This document shows, piece by piece, positions 14,692 through 23,800 of a stretch of DNA of 64,000 bases (position 1 is the stretch's first letter; every line of letters starts with the position of its first letter). Under the pieces are notes generated by a model that was not told the DNA's origin, made no database searches, and worked only from the letters and a program-made list of their open reading frames with translations. Made by a program: the position numbers and the translations under genes. The DNA is from a virus (Duplodnaviria > Caudoviricetes): the IMG/VR virus record IMGVR_UViG_3300044655_001017; one strand, written 5' to 3'.

Positions 14692-15693
14692 ATGTCAGCT
14701 ACAATTGAAACGGTAAAAGCAGAAGCTAAAGAAGCTTCACTTTTGAACAAACCAGCTATGCTCGCAGGTGCAGCACTATATATAGTGTTTTACGGGTGGG
14801 TTCGTTGGTATGAGGGTGTTTATGGATGGTCAGCTGGTTTAGACTCATTTGCGCCAGAATTCGAAACATACTGGATGAACTTCCTATATATTGAAATGGT
14901 ACTAGAAATCGTAACCGCTTCTGTATTATGGGGTTATATCTGGAAAAGTCGTGATCGTAAAGTGATGTCAATCACACCACGTGAAGAATTGCGTCGTCAT
15001 TTCACACATTGGGTATGGTTAGTAATGTACGGTATCGCAATTTATTACGGTGCTTCATACTTTACAGAACAAGACGGTACATGGCATCAAACGATTGTCC
15101 GTGATACTGATTTTACACCAAGTCACGTTATTGAGTTTTATCTAAGTTATCCTATTTACATCATCACAGGCGTTTCTGCATTCTTATATGCTAAAACACG
15201 CTTGCCTACCTACCAAAAAGGTTTACCATTACAATACTTAGTATCAGTAATTGGACCTTTCATGATTCTTCCAAACGTTGGTTTAAACGAATGGGGTCAT
15301 ACTTTCAACACAGGAAGCTCATTATAGCAATGTAATGATGAAAACTCTGTGAAAACGGTGAACATCCAGAACGGACAATACCGTGCCAAGCTTAGAAATA
15401 AGAAGGTGTAACGACTATCCCGAAAGGGAGTACACTCAAGTGAGTGGAAGCGCAGAGCAACCTAAATGGTTGATGAGATAGTCTGCTCTAACTGGGAACA
15501 GTTAGCAGTTCATAAGAGAACGGTATAAGCGTAACGAACTTATATGAACATAGGCTGGTTTATGGAGGAGTTGTTTGTAGCCCCTCTACATTACGGGTTT
15601 GTATTTTTTGGATGGGCTGCACTTGGTGTATTAGGTGTAGTAAATATCGAAGTACAAGCAATATCTAAATTGTTGAAAAGCGATTTAGCTTAA
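14692..15693 (+). CDS. pmoC: particulate methane monooxygenase subunit C, two exons (14692-15305 and 15555-15693; 250 aa spliced)
   Basis: EQDGTWHQTIVRDTDFTPSH and LNEWGHTF|WFMEELFVAPLHYGFVFFGW PmoC signatures; AGGAG RBS before ATG 14692. Confidence 0.93.
15306..15554 (+). mobile_element. ORF-less group I intron (IA2-like), 249 nt
   Basis: 5' exon ends in U and intron ends in G; P3 CTCTGT/GCAGAG, P4 ACGGT/ACCGT, P7 GACTAT(15413)/ATAGTC(15478), P7.1, P7.2, P8, P9; removal restores the frame. Confidence 0.9.
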
Positions 15694-15700
15694 TTGATTA

Positions 15701-15724
15701 GAAAGGGGACCTAGGTCCCCTTTC
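15701..15724. terminator. bidirectional terminator-like palindrome between pmoC and the endonuclease gene
   Basis: Perfect 24-bp palindrome GAAAGGGGACCTAGGTCCCCTTTC. Confidence 0.6.
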
Positions 15725-16364
15725 TGCTTTTACAATTATCAAAATGATATCTTGTCATATTTCCTCGACCTTGTTTATTACAATGCGGGCAGGTTAGCAT
15801 ATCAGTTTCTTTATACTTTGGATTTTGTTTACAGTTATTAAAATGAAATCTTGTCATTACTGCTTTATTTCCAGATACTAAACAATGTGGACATTTTACT
15901 GGTATCATTGCAAGTTTAGATTCAGACACTTTTTTATTATGCTCAACTGTTTTAGGTTTACTCATACGTAATTTAGTTATATCAGATTTAATTCGTCCTT
16001 TTAACGATTCTGATAATTTTTGTTTATGTTGCATTGATAAAACTTTTCCTGTATTATCAGGTCTCGACAATGCTATCATTTGATTAACATACAACGGTGA
16101 TTCTACTACATTTAATAACGTATGCAATTTTTGTTCTTTTAAATACGCATCATCTCTCGTAGTATGTGTTGAAATGATATGTGTTTTAAATGAAGCAGGA
16201 TTATTTAATATTTCATCATCCCATAGTTTTTTATATTTTGTTGATGCTACAGAACCGTGATAATCACGGTTTACTAATTTACAAGATGACGAACCTATAT
16301 AAAACGGTGGTAATTTATTGCCAGTGTATACAGTTAGGTATACACAAAAATTATAAATATTCAT
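15711..16364 (-). CDS. free-standing GIY-YIG homing endonuclease with NUMOD3-like repeats
   Basis: CVYLT...FYIGSS, conserved E and N, HKQKLSESLKG / HNKKVSESK repeats, CPHC Zn modules. Confidence 0.85.
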   Translation of the reverse strand: MNIYNFCVYLTVYTGNKLPPFYIGSSSCKLVNRDYHGSVASTKYKKLWDDEILNNPASFKTHIISTHTTRDDAYLKEQKLHTLLNVVESPLYVNQMIALSRPDNTGKVLSMQHKQKLSESLKGRIKSDITKLRMSKPKTVEHNKKVSESKLAMIPVKCPHCLVSGNKAVMTRFHFNNCKQNPKYKETDMLTCPHCNKQGRGNMTRYHFDNCKSRKGT

Positions 16365-16613
16365 GTTGATACTCCTCTAAAGTATTAAAGTAGTTGGGAC
16401 GGCAATCCGCGAACTACACCTTTATTTATTATACATACTACTTTGAGGGGAGGAAAGTATGGTTAACATAGCAGACGAATTTGGAGCAGTAATGATTGCG
16501 ATAATCTTTACAATTATAACATTGATGGTTTTATTAGATTGTGACGAATAATTAGTTGACATTAATTGTTTATTGCTGTATAATAACATTTTTAATAATT
16601 ACTAGGAGTACAC

Positions 16614-17972
16614 ATGATCACTGCAATTTTAGAAGAGTTAGCTAATGAACCAAAAACTAACAGCAAAATTGATATTCTTAAACGCAACAGCACTAACGAA
16701 TTATTGAAAGATGTGTGCTTTTGTGCCACTAATAAATTACTTCCTTTTAACATCAAAAAAATTCCTGATTACACACCTAACACAGGAACACCTACAATGC
16801 TTCTTGACGAAGCAATTGTTCACTTACATGCATTAGCTGACCGTACTTATACAGGTCACGCAGGCATTGATCATCTTAAAAATATTTTAGAATCTGTAAC
16901 AGAACGTGATGCACAAGTTGTTATTAAAGTTATAAATAAAGACTTACGTTGCGGTGTACAAGCAGCTACAGTAAATAAAGTATGGAAAGGATTAATTCCA
17001 GAATTTCCATATCAACGTTGCTCATTACCTAAACATGTTAAACTTGATACTTGGCCCTGGTCTAAAGGCGTGTATTCACAGTTAAAAGCAGATGGCATGT
17101 ATATCAATGCTAACTTCTATGAAGACTTGTCTATTGAGTTATTAAGCAGAAGTGGTAACCCGATGCCATTAGAACCGTTTAAAAACATCATTGATTACAT
17201 GCAACGTAAAATGCATTGTAATACACAAACACATGGTGAACTTGTTGTAAAACGCGATGGTTTTATTTTACCACGTGAAATTGGCAATGGCATCTTAAAC
17301 AGTATAGCAGATGGCGGTTCGTTTGCTGAAAATGAAGAACCTTTATTTTTAATATGGGATCAAATTCCATTAGATGTTGCTGTACCAAAAGGTAAATGCA
17401 CTGTAGAATATGCTGATAGATACCACCCATTAAAAAATCAAGTTGCATCGCAAGCAGTAACTGATCGACAACATGTCAAAATGATTGAAACAAAATTAGT
17501 GTTTTCATGGGATGAAGCATTTAAACATTATCTTGAGTTAGTAGAACAAGGACTTGAAGGTACTATTATTAAACGTCCAGATGCTAAATGGCGTGACGGT
17601 ACAAGCAAAGATCAAGTTAAACTTAAACTTGAAGTAGATGTTGATTTAGAAATTGTAGCATTTACAGAAGGTAATGGTAAGAATGCTGCATTGTTTGGAT
17701 CTATTACATGTCAATCATCAGATAGCAAGTTAGTAGTTAACGTATCAGGATTTACAGATGATTTACGTAAAGACATCTTTAATCGCAAAGATGAATTATA
17801 TGGAACAATTGTAACAGTTAGATCCAACAACATTATGCCGCCAACATCAAGCAATCAATATTACAGTTTGTTTTTACCAAGATTTGTAGAATTCCGTAAA
17901 GACAAAACAGAAGCTGATTCATTAGAAAGAGTTCAGGATCAGTTTGATAGTGCAATGGGAAAGACTAAATGA
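16614..17972 (+). CDS. ATP-dependent DNA ligase
   Basis: QLKADG motif I, EGTIIK, WRDG...VKLK, LFLPRFVEFRKDK. Confidence 0.93.
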   Translation: MITAILEELANEPKTNSKIDILKRNSTNELLKDVCFCATNKLLPFNIKKIPDYTPNTGTPTMLLDEAIVHLHALADRTYTGHAGIDHLKNILESVTERDAQVVIKVINKDLRCGVQAATVNKVWKGLIPEFPYQRCSLPKHVKLDTWPWSKGVYSQLKADGMYINANFYEDLSIELLSRSGNPMPLEPFKNIIDYMQRKMHCNTQTHGELVVKRDGFILPREIGNGILNSIADGGSFAENEEPLFLIWDQIPLDVAVPKGKCTVEYADRYHPLKNQVASQAVTDRQHVKMIETKLVFSWDEAFKHYLELVEQGLEGTIIKRPDAKWRDGTSKDQVKLKLEVDVDLEIVAFTEGNGKNAALFGSITCQSSDSKLVVNVSGFTDDLRKDIFNRKDELYGTIVTVRSNNIMPPTSSNQYYSLFLPRFVEFRKDKTEADSLERVQDQFDSAMGKTK

Positions 17973-18163
17973 CCACACAGTCATACGACGCAGTAACAGG
18001 AAACCAGTGTCCGCGTTGCGGCGCTGGGATGCTAATAATAGTATCTAGGGATATGTTTATATGCGTGGATTGCCACGTAGAGTTTATAAAAGAACCATAC
18101 GTCCGACCTAAACCGGTCGGATGTGTTACACCAACCCTAACCAAAGACATTAAAAATGAATGA
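17969..18163 (+). CDS. small Zn-ribbon protein
   Basis: CPRC...CVDC. Confidence 0.55.
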   Translation: MTTQSYDAVTGNQCPRCGAGMLIIVSRDMFICVDCHVEFIKEPYVRPKPVGCVTPTLTKDIKNE

Positions 18164-18243
18164 AGAAGAATTGACAAGTATGCAAAGAGAATTTAAAATG
18201 TTAGAAGAATGCGCGTTAATATACTCAGCAATGGAGCCGGAAG

Positions 18244-18441
18244 ATGATGATTGATATTATAATTGTGTTTGCGGCAATGTTGACATTTTTTATATACTTT
18301 GCTCCAACACTAATAGCAAGCGAACGTGGACATAATAACTTTATGCCAATTTTTATTTTTAACTTCTTAGCCGGCTGGTCTGTAGTAGTATGGATTATTT
18401 GCTTAGGCTGGGCATTTTCAGACAACACTAGAAACCACTAA
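18244..18441 (+). CDS. superinfection immunity protein (T4 Imm-like)
   Basis: YFAPTLIA..RGH.N...IFIFNFLAGWS...W...L.WA pattern. Confidence 0.8.
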   Translation: MMIDIIIVFAAMLTFFIYFAPTLIASERGHNNFMPIFIFNFLAGWSVVVWIICLGWAFSDNTRNH

Positions 18442-18454
18442 TAAAAGGAAAACA

Positions 18455-18826
18455 ATGACAAACGTATTTACAGATCAAAAAACATTTATGATCGCCGGTG
18501 ATCAAACAGTTGACAATTACAACGAATCACAATATAATATGTACTTAGACTTAATCAAAGAAGAAGTACAAGAACTACAGGACGCAGTTGATCAAGATGA
18601 TAAAGTTGAACAACTTGATGCATTGATTGATATTTTAGTTGTAGTTGTGGGCGCGTTACATTCATTAGGTGCAGATGCCGAAGGTGCATGGAATGAAGTA
18701 ATTAGATCAAATATGTCTAAAGTAGATCCGGCTACTGGTAAAGTTATTAAAAGGGAAGATGGTAAGGTTCTAAAACCAGCTACATATTCCGCTCCTGAAC
18801 TAACACCATTTTTAACAAGAGGATAA
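18455..18826 (+). CDS. MazG-like / PRA-PH nucleotide pyrophosphohydrolase
   Basis: LIKEEVQEL...LDALIDILVV...SNMSK...REDGKVLKP. Confidence 0.85.
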   Translation: MTNVFTDQKTFMIAGDQTVDNYNESQYNMYLDLIKEEVQELQDAVDQDDKVEQLDALIDILVVVVGALHSLGADAEGAWNEVIRSNMSKVDPATGKVIKREDGKVLKPATYSAPELTPFLTRG

Positions 18827-18830
18827 ACAA

Positions 18831-19631
18831 ATGAGAAGTAACTATTGGTCATGCGGTAATTTTGCGGATTGGATCCGTGGTACAAAATATCCAGAATATG
18901 AGTCTAGTGAAGGGTGGAACTCTATTCAAAAACTTGCAAAGGCTACCCACCCACTTCGCTTTTGGATTGCAGAAGAACTACTTGATAAGATTCAAGATGT
19001 ATACATGTTTCCATCAGATACTTTTTACAATATTAAGTATTATATTGAAAACAGATGGGTTAGTCGTACACACGGGTTAACTGCACATCCTAAAGACATT
19101 AAACCAGGTAACTGGTGTGATGTTGGTTATAGATTTTTACCTTGTATGTTTAATGAACTAGTTGACTTTGTTGAAGTTGAACTTGCTTGGAGTTTTATTC
19201 GTTGGGATGATAAAGCACAATACGAAAAGTACAATGTTCCAAACTTTCATTGGAGATCATGGCGTAGTAAACAAGCCGGTTTAGATTACTTAGATTGGGC
19301 ATCAGAGTTAGTTTACGAAAATAAAGACAAAACACATTACGATCTATCTCCGCAAGCACTTGCTGCAATTGAAATAAAAAAATTGTACTTATGGTGGACT
19401 GAAGAATATCCTAAACGTAAAGATCCAATAGACGAATCAGGTCTTGGTGATTTTTACAATTACGAAGAAGAAAAGTATGGTACCATGTTTAACAATAACC
19501 GTACTAAAGAGGAAGAAGAAACATCATTAAAATTATTACTGCTTAGTAATGCTATCGAAGTAGCACAAGAACAAGAAGACGAAGATATGATGATTAGACT
19601 CATTAAAGTTAGACATCACATGTGGACATAG
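18831..19631 (+). CDS. hypothetical phage protein
   Basis: ORF track, 266 aa, Trp-rich. Confidence 0.75.
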   Translation: MRSNYWSCGNFADWIRGTKYPEYESSEGWNSIQKLAKATHPLRFWIAEELLDKIQDVYMFPSDTFYNIKYYIENRWVSRTHGLTAHPKDIKPGNWCDVGYRFLPCMFNELVDFVEVELAWSFIRWDDKAQYEKYNVPNFHWRSWRSKQAGLDYLDWASELVYENKDKTHYDLSPQALAAIEIKKLYLWWTEEYPKRKDPIDESGLGDFYNYEEEKYGTMFNNNRTKEEEETSLKLLLLSNAIEVAQEQEDEDMMIRLIKVRHHMWT

Positions 19632-19638
19632 GAATAAT

Positions 19639-20844
19639 ATGGCACTTAAGAAAAAAACAAAAGTAACCTCTGTTACAATACGTGAAAATGCTAAAAAGGA
19701 TAGCAGTCCTGTTTGGGACAACTGGGAAGATTGGACGCCTACTGAATATAGAAAAAAATGGCATAACGCTATGCAATACTATAACCTGCAGTTTAGCGTA
19801 AAAGATTTAAAACCTGCAGTTGTTAAATGGATGACACTAAATGGATGTAACACAGAATATATTAACACTTATAAAGCTACTAAAGATTGGCGCACAAGTA
19901 CTACTATGGGTTCTATTGCTTCTTGTCTTATCAGAGGTATGCCAGCTGTTCATGACACTTTTAATAACGGAAGAGATGCGTCTGCTTGGTTAAGAGATGC
20001 CATTGCTGCTACAGTTGAAGCAGGTGAAGTAGACATTGAGCCAGAAGAAGAAGGTGAAGTTAAAAAGCCAGCTGCAGTTATTAATATACAAGCTCGCGTA
20101 AAAGAAGCTGCAATTGGTATGACAGAAGTTATTGAAGATGCTGTAGACCAATGGATAACTAACGCAGCTACGTTTGATCCTAAAGCTATTAAAGTAATAA
20201 ATGCGCTTAAAGCTAAGGAAGCAAAAGCAGCGCATGCACGTATTATTAAAGACATGTACTCGCGTAATTTGTTGGAATTAGAAGAGCTTGCTGCTGGCAA
20301 ACCTGATGATGAAGAAAAGCACGATGCATATGAACAGTTACAAGAAGCATATAAACACAGAAGTAAAAGAGAAATTAAAAATTTAATTGCATTTTATAAA
20401 GAAGTTGAATCTGCGTGTACTATGTTAATTGAAGAAAGTAAAGTTAACAAAGCACCGCGTACTAAGAAAGCAGTACCTAAAGATAAGCTAGTTGAAAAAT
20501 TAAAATACTTAAAAATATTTGAACCATTAAAACTTGTTTCTATTAATCCTACTGAGATAGTAGGAGCTAAGACACTATGGGTTTACAATACTAAAACTAG
20601 ACGAATTGGTAAATTTGTAGCAGATGAGATGACAGGGCCATTAACCGTTAAAGGTTCTGCAATTTTAGGTTATGATGAGCATATGAGTATTCAAAAGACT
20701 ATTCGCAAGCCAGAGGAAAAACTTAAAGAGTTTAAAGCTGCTAATAAGATTATGCTACGAACGTTTATAGAAGACATTAATTCGACCGATACTAAAATGT
20801 CCGGTCGAATTAATGAAGATACTATTTTGTTAAAAATAGGTTAA
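19639..20844 (+). CDS. hypothetical phage protein
   Basis: ORF track, 401 aa; AGGA RBS. Confidence 0.8.
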   Translation: MALKKKTKVTSVTIRENAKKDSSPVWDNWEDWTPTEYRKKWHNAMQYYNLQFSVKDLKPAVVKWMTLNGCNTEYINTYKATKDWRTSTTMGSIASCLIRGMPAVHDTFNNGRDASAWLRDAIAATVEAGEVDIEPEEEGEVKKPAAVINIQARVKEAAIGMTEVIEDAVDQWITNAATFDPKAIKVINALKAKEAKAAHARIIKDMYSRNLLELEELAAGKPDDEEKHDAYEQLQEAYKHRSKREIKNLIAFYKEVESACTMLIEESKVNKAPRTKKAVPKDKLVEKLKYLKIFEPLKLVSINPTEIVGAKTLWVYNTKTRRIGKFVADEMTGPLTVKGSAILGYDEHMSIQKTIRKPEEKLKEFKAANKIMLRTFIEDINSTDTKMSGRINEDTILLKIG

Positions 20845-23800
20845 GAAATTTGCAAACTAAACGATCCCGACAGCGTCCCGGTATATCCTCTTACGCTAAT
20901 TGCAACTTCAGCTCCTACTGTAAAAGCTAGTGATATTGACTCGCCAATGTTTTGATTTTGTGCATTTCTTACTTGATCGAGATCATATTCAGTACCATTA
21001 ACTGCTAATACTACGTCAAACGGCACAACAGATGTTCCCATTACGGTAAACGTGTATGTTCTAGTATGCGTAGCTGTATAAAAATAAGACCATGGTGAAC
21101 TAGGAGTTATTGATCCGGAAACAAGTATTCCAGTAAATGGAACCACCGGTGCTGACACTGTTAATACTTGTGTACCACTAGTATAATTAACAATTCCTAT
21201 AAAATATGCTGATGCAAGATATGTATGGTCAGATCTGGCTGTATATGATGCAGTATTAAGTGTCCAAGATATAGTTTGTGGATTTGATGTAATTAAAGTC
21301 GACACCTCGGTACTCCAAGTACCAGCAGAAGTAGCAACTATAGCTATTGAACCGGTTAGTCCTACCCCGCCACTTAACGATCCGCTAAACGTTGATGAGC
21401 CTCCATTAGCAACAGGGTTTGGACTCCATGCAAATGTACCAATTGTTGGAGTAGTAGTAGCCTTAGTAGTAGTTGCCGGTGTAGCAGCTCCTATTGAATT
21501 ATACGGAGTAACATATATTGAGTAAGAAGTACTATGGGTTAATCCAGTAAAGGTATAATTTCTAGTACTTGCAGCTAATGCATTAGCGCCTGTAGTAACA
21601 TTAGTCGGTGAAGTAGCACCTACTTCCCATCCAGTTTCAACCCCACCGGTAAACGTTGCTGACCATGATATTGAAATTGACACTGCAGTTGATGTTACTG
21701 ATGATATCGTAGGCGTACTTGGTGCAACATTTACAGTAGTTGTTGCAAATGTTGCTGTTCCGGTTCCTACTGTTAATGATATATACCTTGACGTTAACGG
21801 TGATGTAGCCGATCGTACATACGGTATTAGTGTAAATGTGCCAGTGCTACTAGTTATAACATCTCCATATCCGCTTCCTGAAACTGTAAATTGTGAGGTA
21901 TTTGGAGAACTTGCTTGAAACCCAAAAGCTGTAGCATTTGATCCAGTAATTGTTATTCTAATAGAATACGACGATTCTAACCCTGTTACTGTGAATGCAT
22001 CCGGACTTATATTTGTATTAAGTGCAACTCCGGTTGTATTTCCAGAAAATGTAATTGTATTTGGTGTAGTAACCGGGGATCTATTAGTAATACTAAATGC
22101 ACTAGTATTTGTTTTAGTACCGACAGTAAGTGATAATGTGTTAGCACCACCCCATGTACTCGATGTGTATGCTGAAAATCCTATATAAATATCGCCACCA
22201 GATGTCGCAGTTACAGATATTCCAGACGATGGTATACTGTTAATGCCAGTAAGTCCGTGCATTAGGTACGGACTACTAAATCCTAATACCGACCACGATA
22301 TAAAAACTGTCGCGTATGGAGTCAATCCCGTTATAGTTGTAGCTGCACCAGTAACCGAACTTGGGGCAGGCGAAGTACTGGATCCAGGGGTTAATGTAAG
22401 AGCAAAATCATTCGGAGTAGTATCTGGATTAACAGTAAGTGTAACTGTAGTTCGTGTATGACCGTTAGGACTAAATGTAACCCTAAACTTGCAAGTACCA
22501 GAATTAACAGTAGGCGCTGTTATACTCCAACTACCGTTAGAATCTACAGACCCACTTATAAGTGCATTAGCGTCAGTTATATAGCCAGTTGATGAAATCC
22601 TGTCTATTACAAATGTGTTGTTAGCATATGCTCCCGAAATAGTTAATGTTGCTGAAGTTCCTGCTGTAAGTGATGTAGGACTCACTGTAAATACTTCGTC
22701 TGGTGTTGTTACTATAGTCCACCCGCCTTGGGTTGTGCCGCCTACACTAAACTCCATGCTAACTGCAGTTTTATAACTTCCACTAGCAGTACGTCTAAGA
22801 TATAATGTAAATTCACCTGAACCATTTGAAGTAGCATTACCTGATGTTGCATAGCCTGCCATTCCTGTAGCAAAAATAGTTCCGCTAAGACAACTAACGG
22901 GTATTGTTGTCCAACTAGGTTCGACTCCTTGAACTAATACTGAGGTATTTTGCTCACTGAGAAGATCACAGTCAAACCTTACTGGTAAGTCTCCTACGCG
23001 AGGTGATGGAATTAAGACTGGATTTAATGAAGTATCTCCAACTGTCATACTAATATTTCCATTTGAAAAATCGCCAATCGGAGATCCAGTTAATTGAAAC
23101 GTTATTGTTTCAGGACCTTCAGTTAAGTGATCTGCTGCCATCAAAAACGTTAATGATGCAATATTATTGTACACTACAAAAGATCCTGATGTTGCTAACG
23201 GCGCTATATTGTATGTATTATTAGCACCAGAAGTTGTCATTGATGAAAAATCAGCCGCCGATACTCCTGATATACTCCAGTTATAAGAAGTATTATTACT
23301 TACATTTGTTGTACTAATGCCAAATGTTGCAAAGCCACCGCCTTCGTCTACTGATGCTGCACTTCTTGTATATGTAAATACAGGCATTGGAGTTACACTT
23401 GCAGATGCTGTTGACGGTGAACTAGTGCCACCTAATGCATTTCTAGCAGATACTGAAAATGTTATATTACCACTAATGCGTGTACTAACTGAATCACCTA
23501 AGACTACTGATCCTACATTAGAAACAGTTTTTGATTGACCGCCTCCTGATACTATGTAAGTATATCCTAAATTAGTCCAACTAATAGTTGCAATACCTAT
23601 TCCTCCAGTTGCACTTACTCCTGTAGGAGGATTTGGATCTCTAGTAGTTACTGAAAATGTTCTAGTTCCGTCTCCTATCGCAAAAGTACTTGTAACAGTA
23701 GTTGTTTCACTAGATGACGCATTCATTCGAGCTTTGAAAACAATGTTACCACTTCCATCCGGAATTACAGTTGCAGTTGACACCCAACCAGTTGTTAATG

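Noticed and set aside
14674-15327. pmoC as a truncated gene or pseudogene (ORF track, 217 aa)
   Set aside because: The missing C-terminus is present at 15555-15693, and the intervening DNA has all core group I intron helices with canonical U/G boundaries
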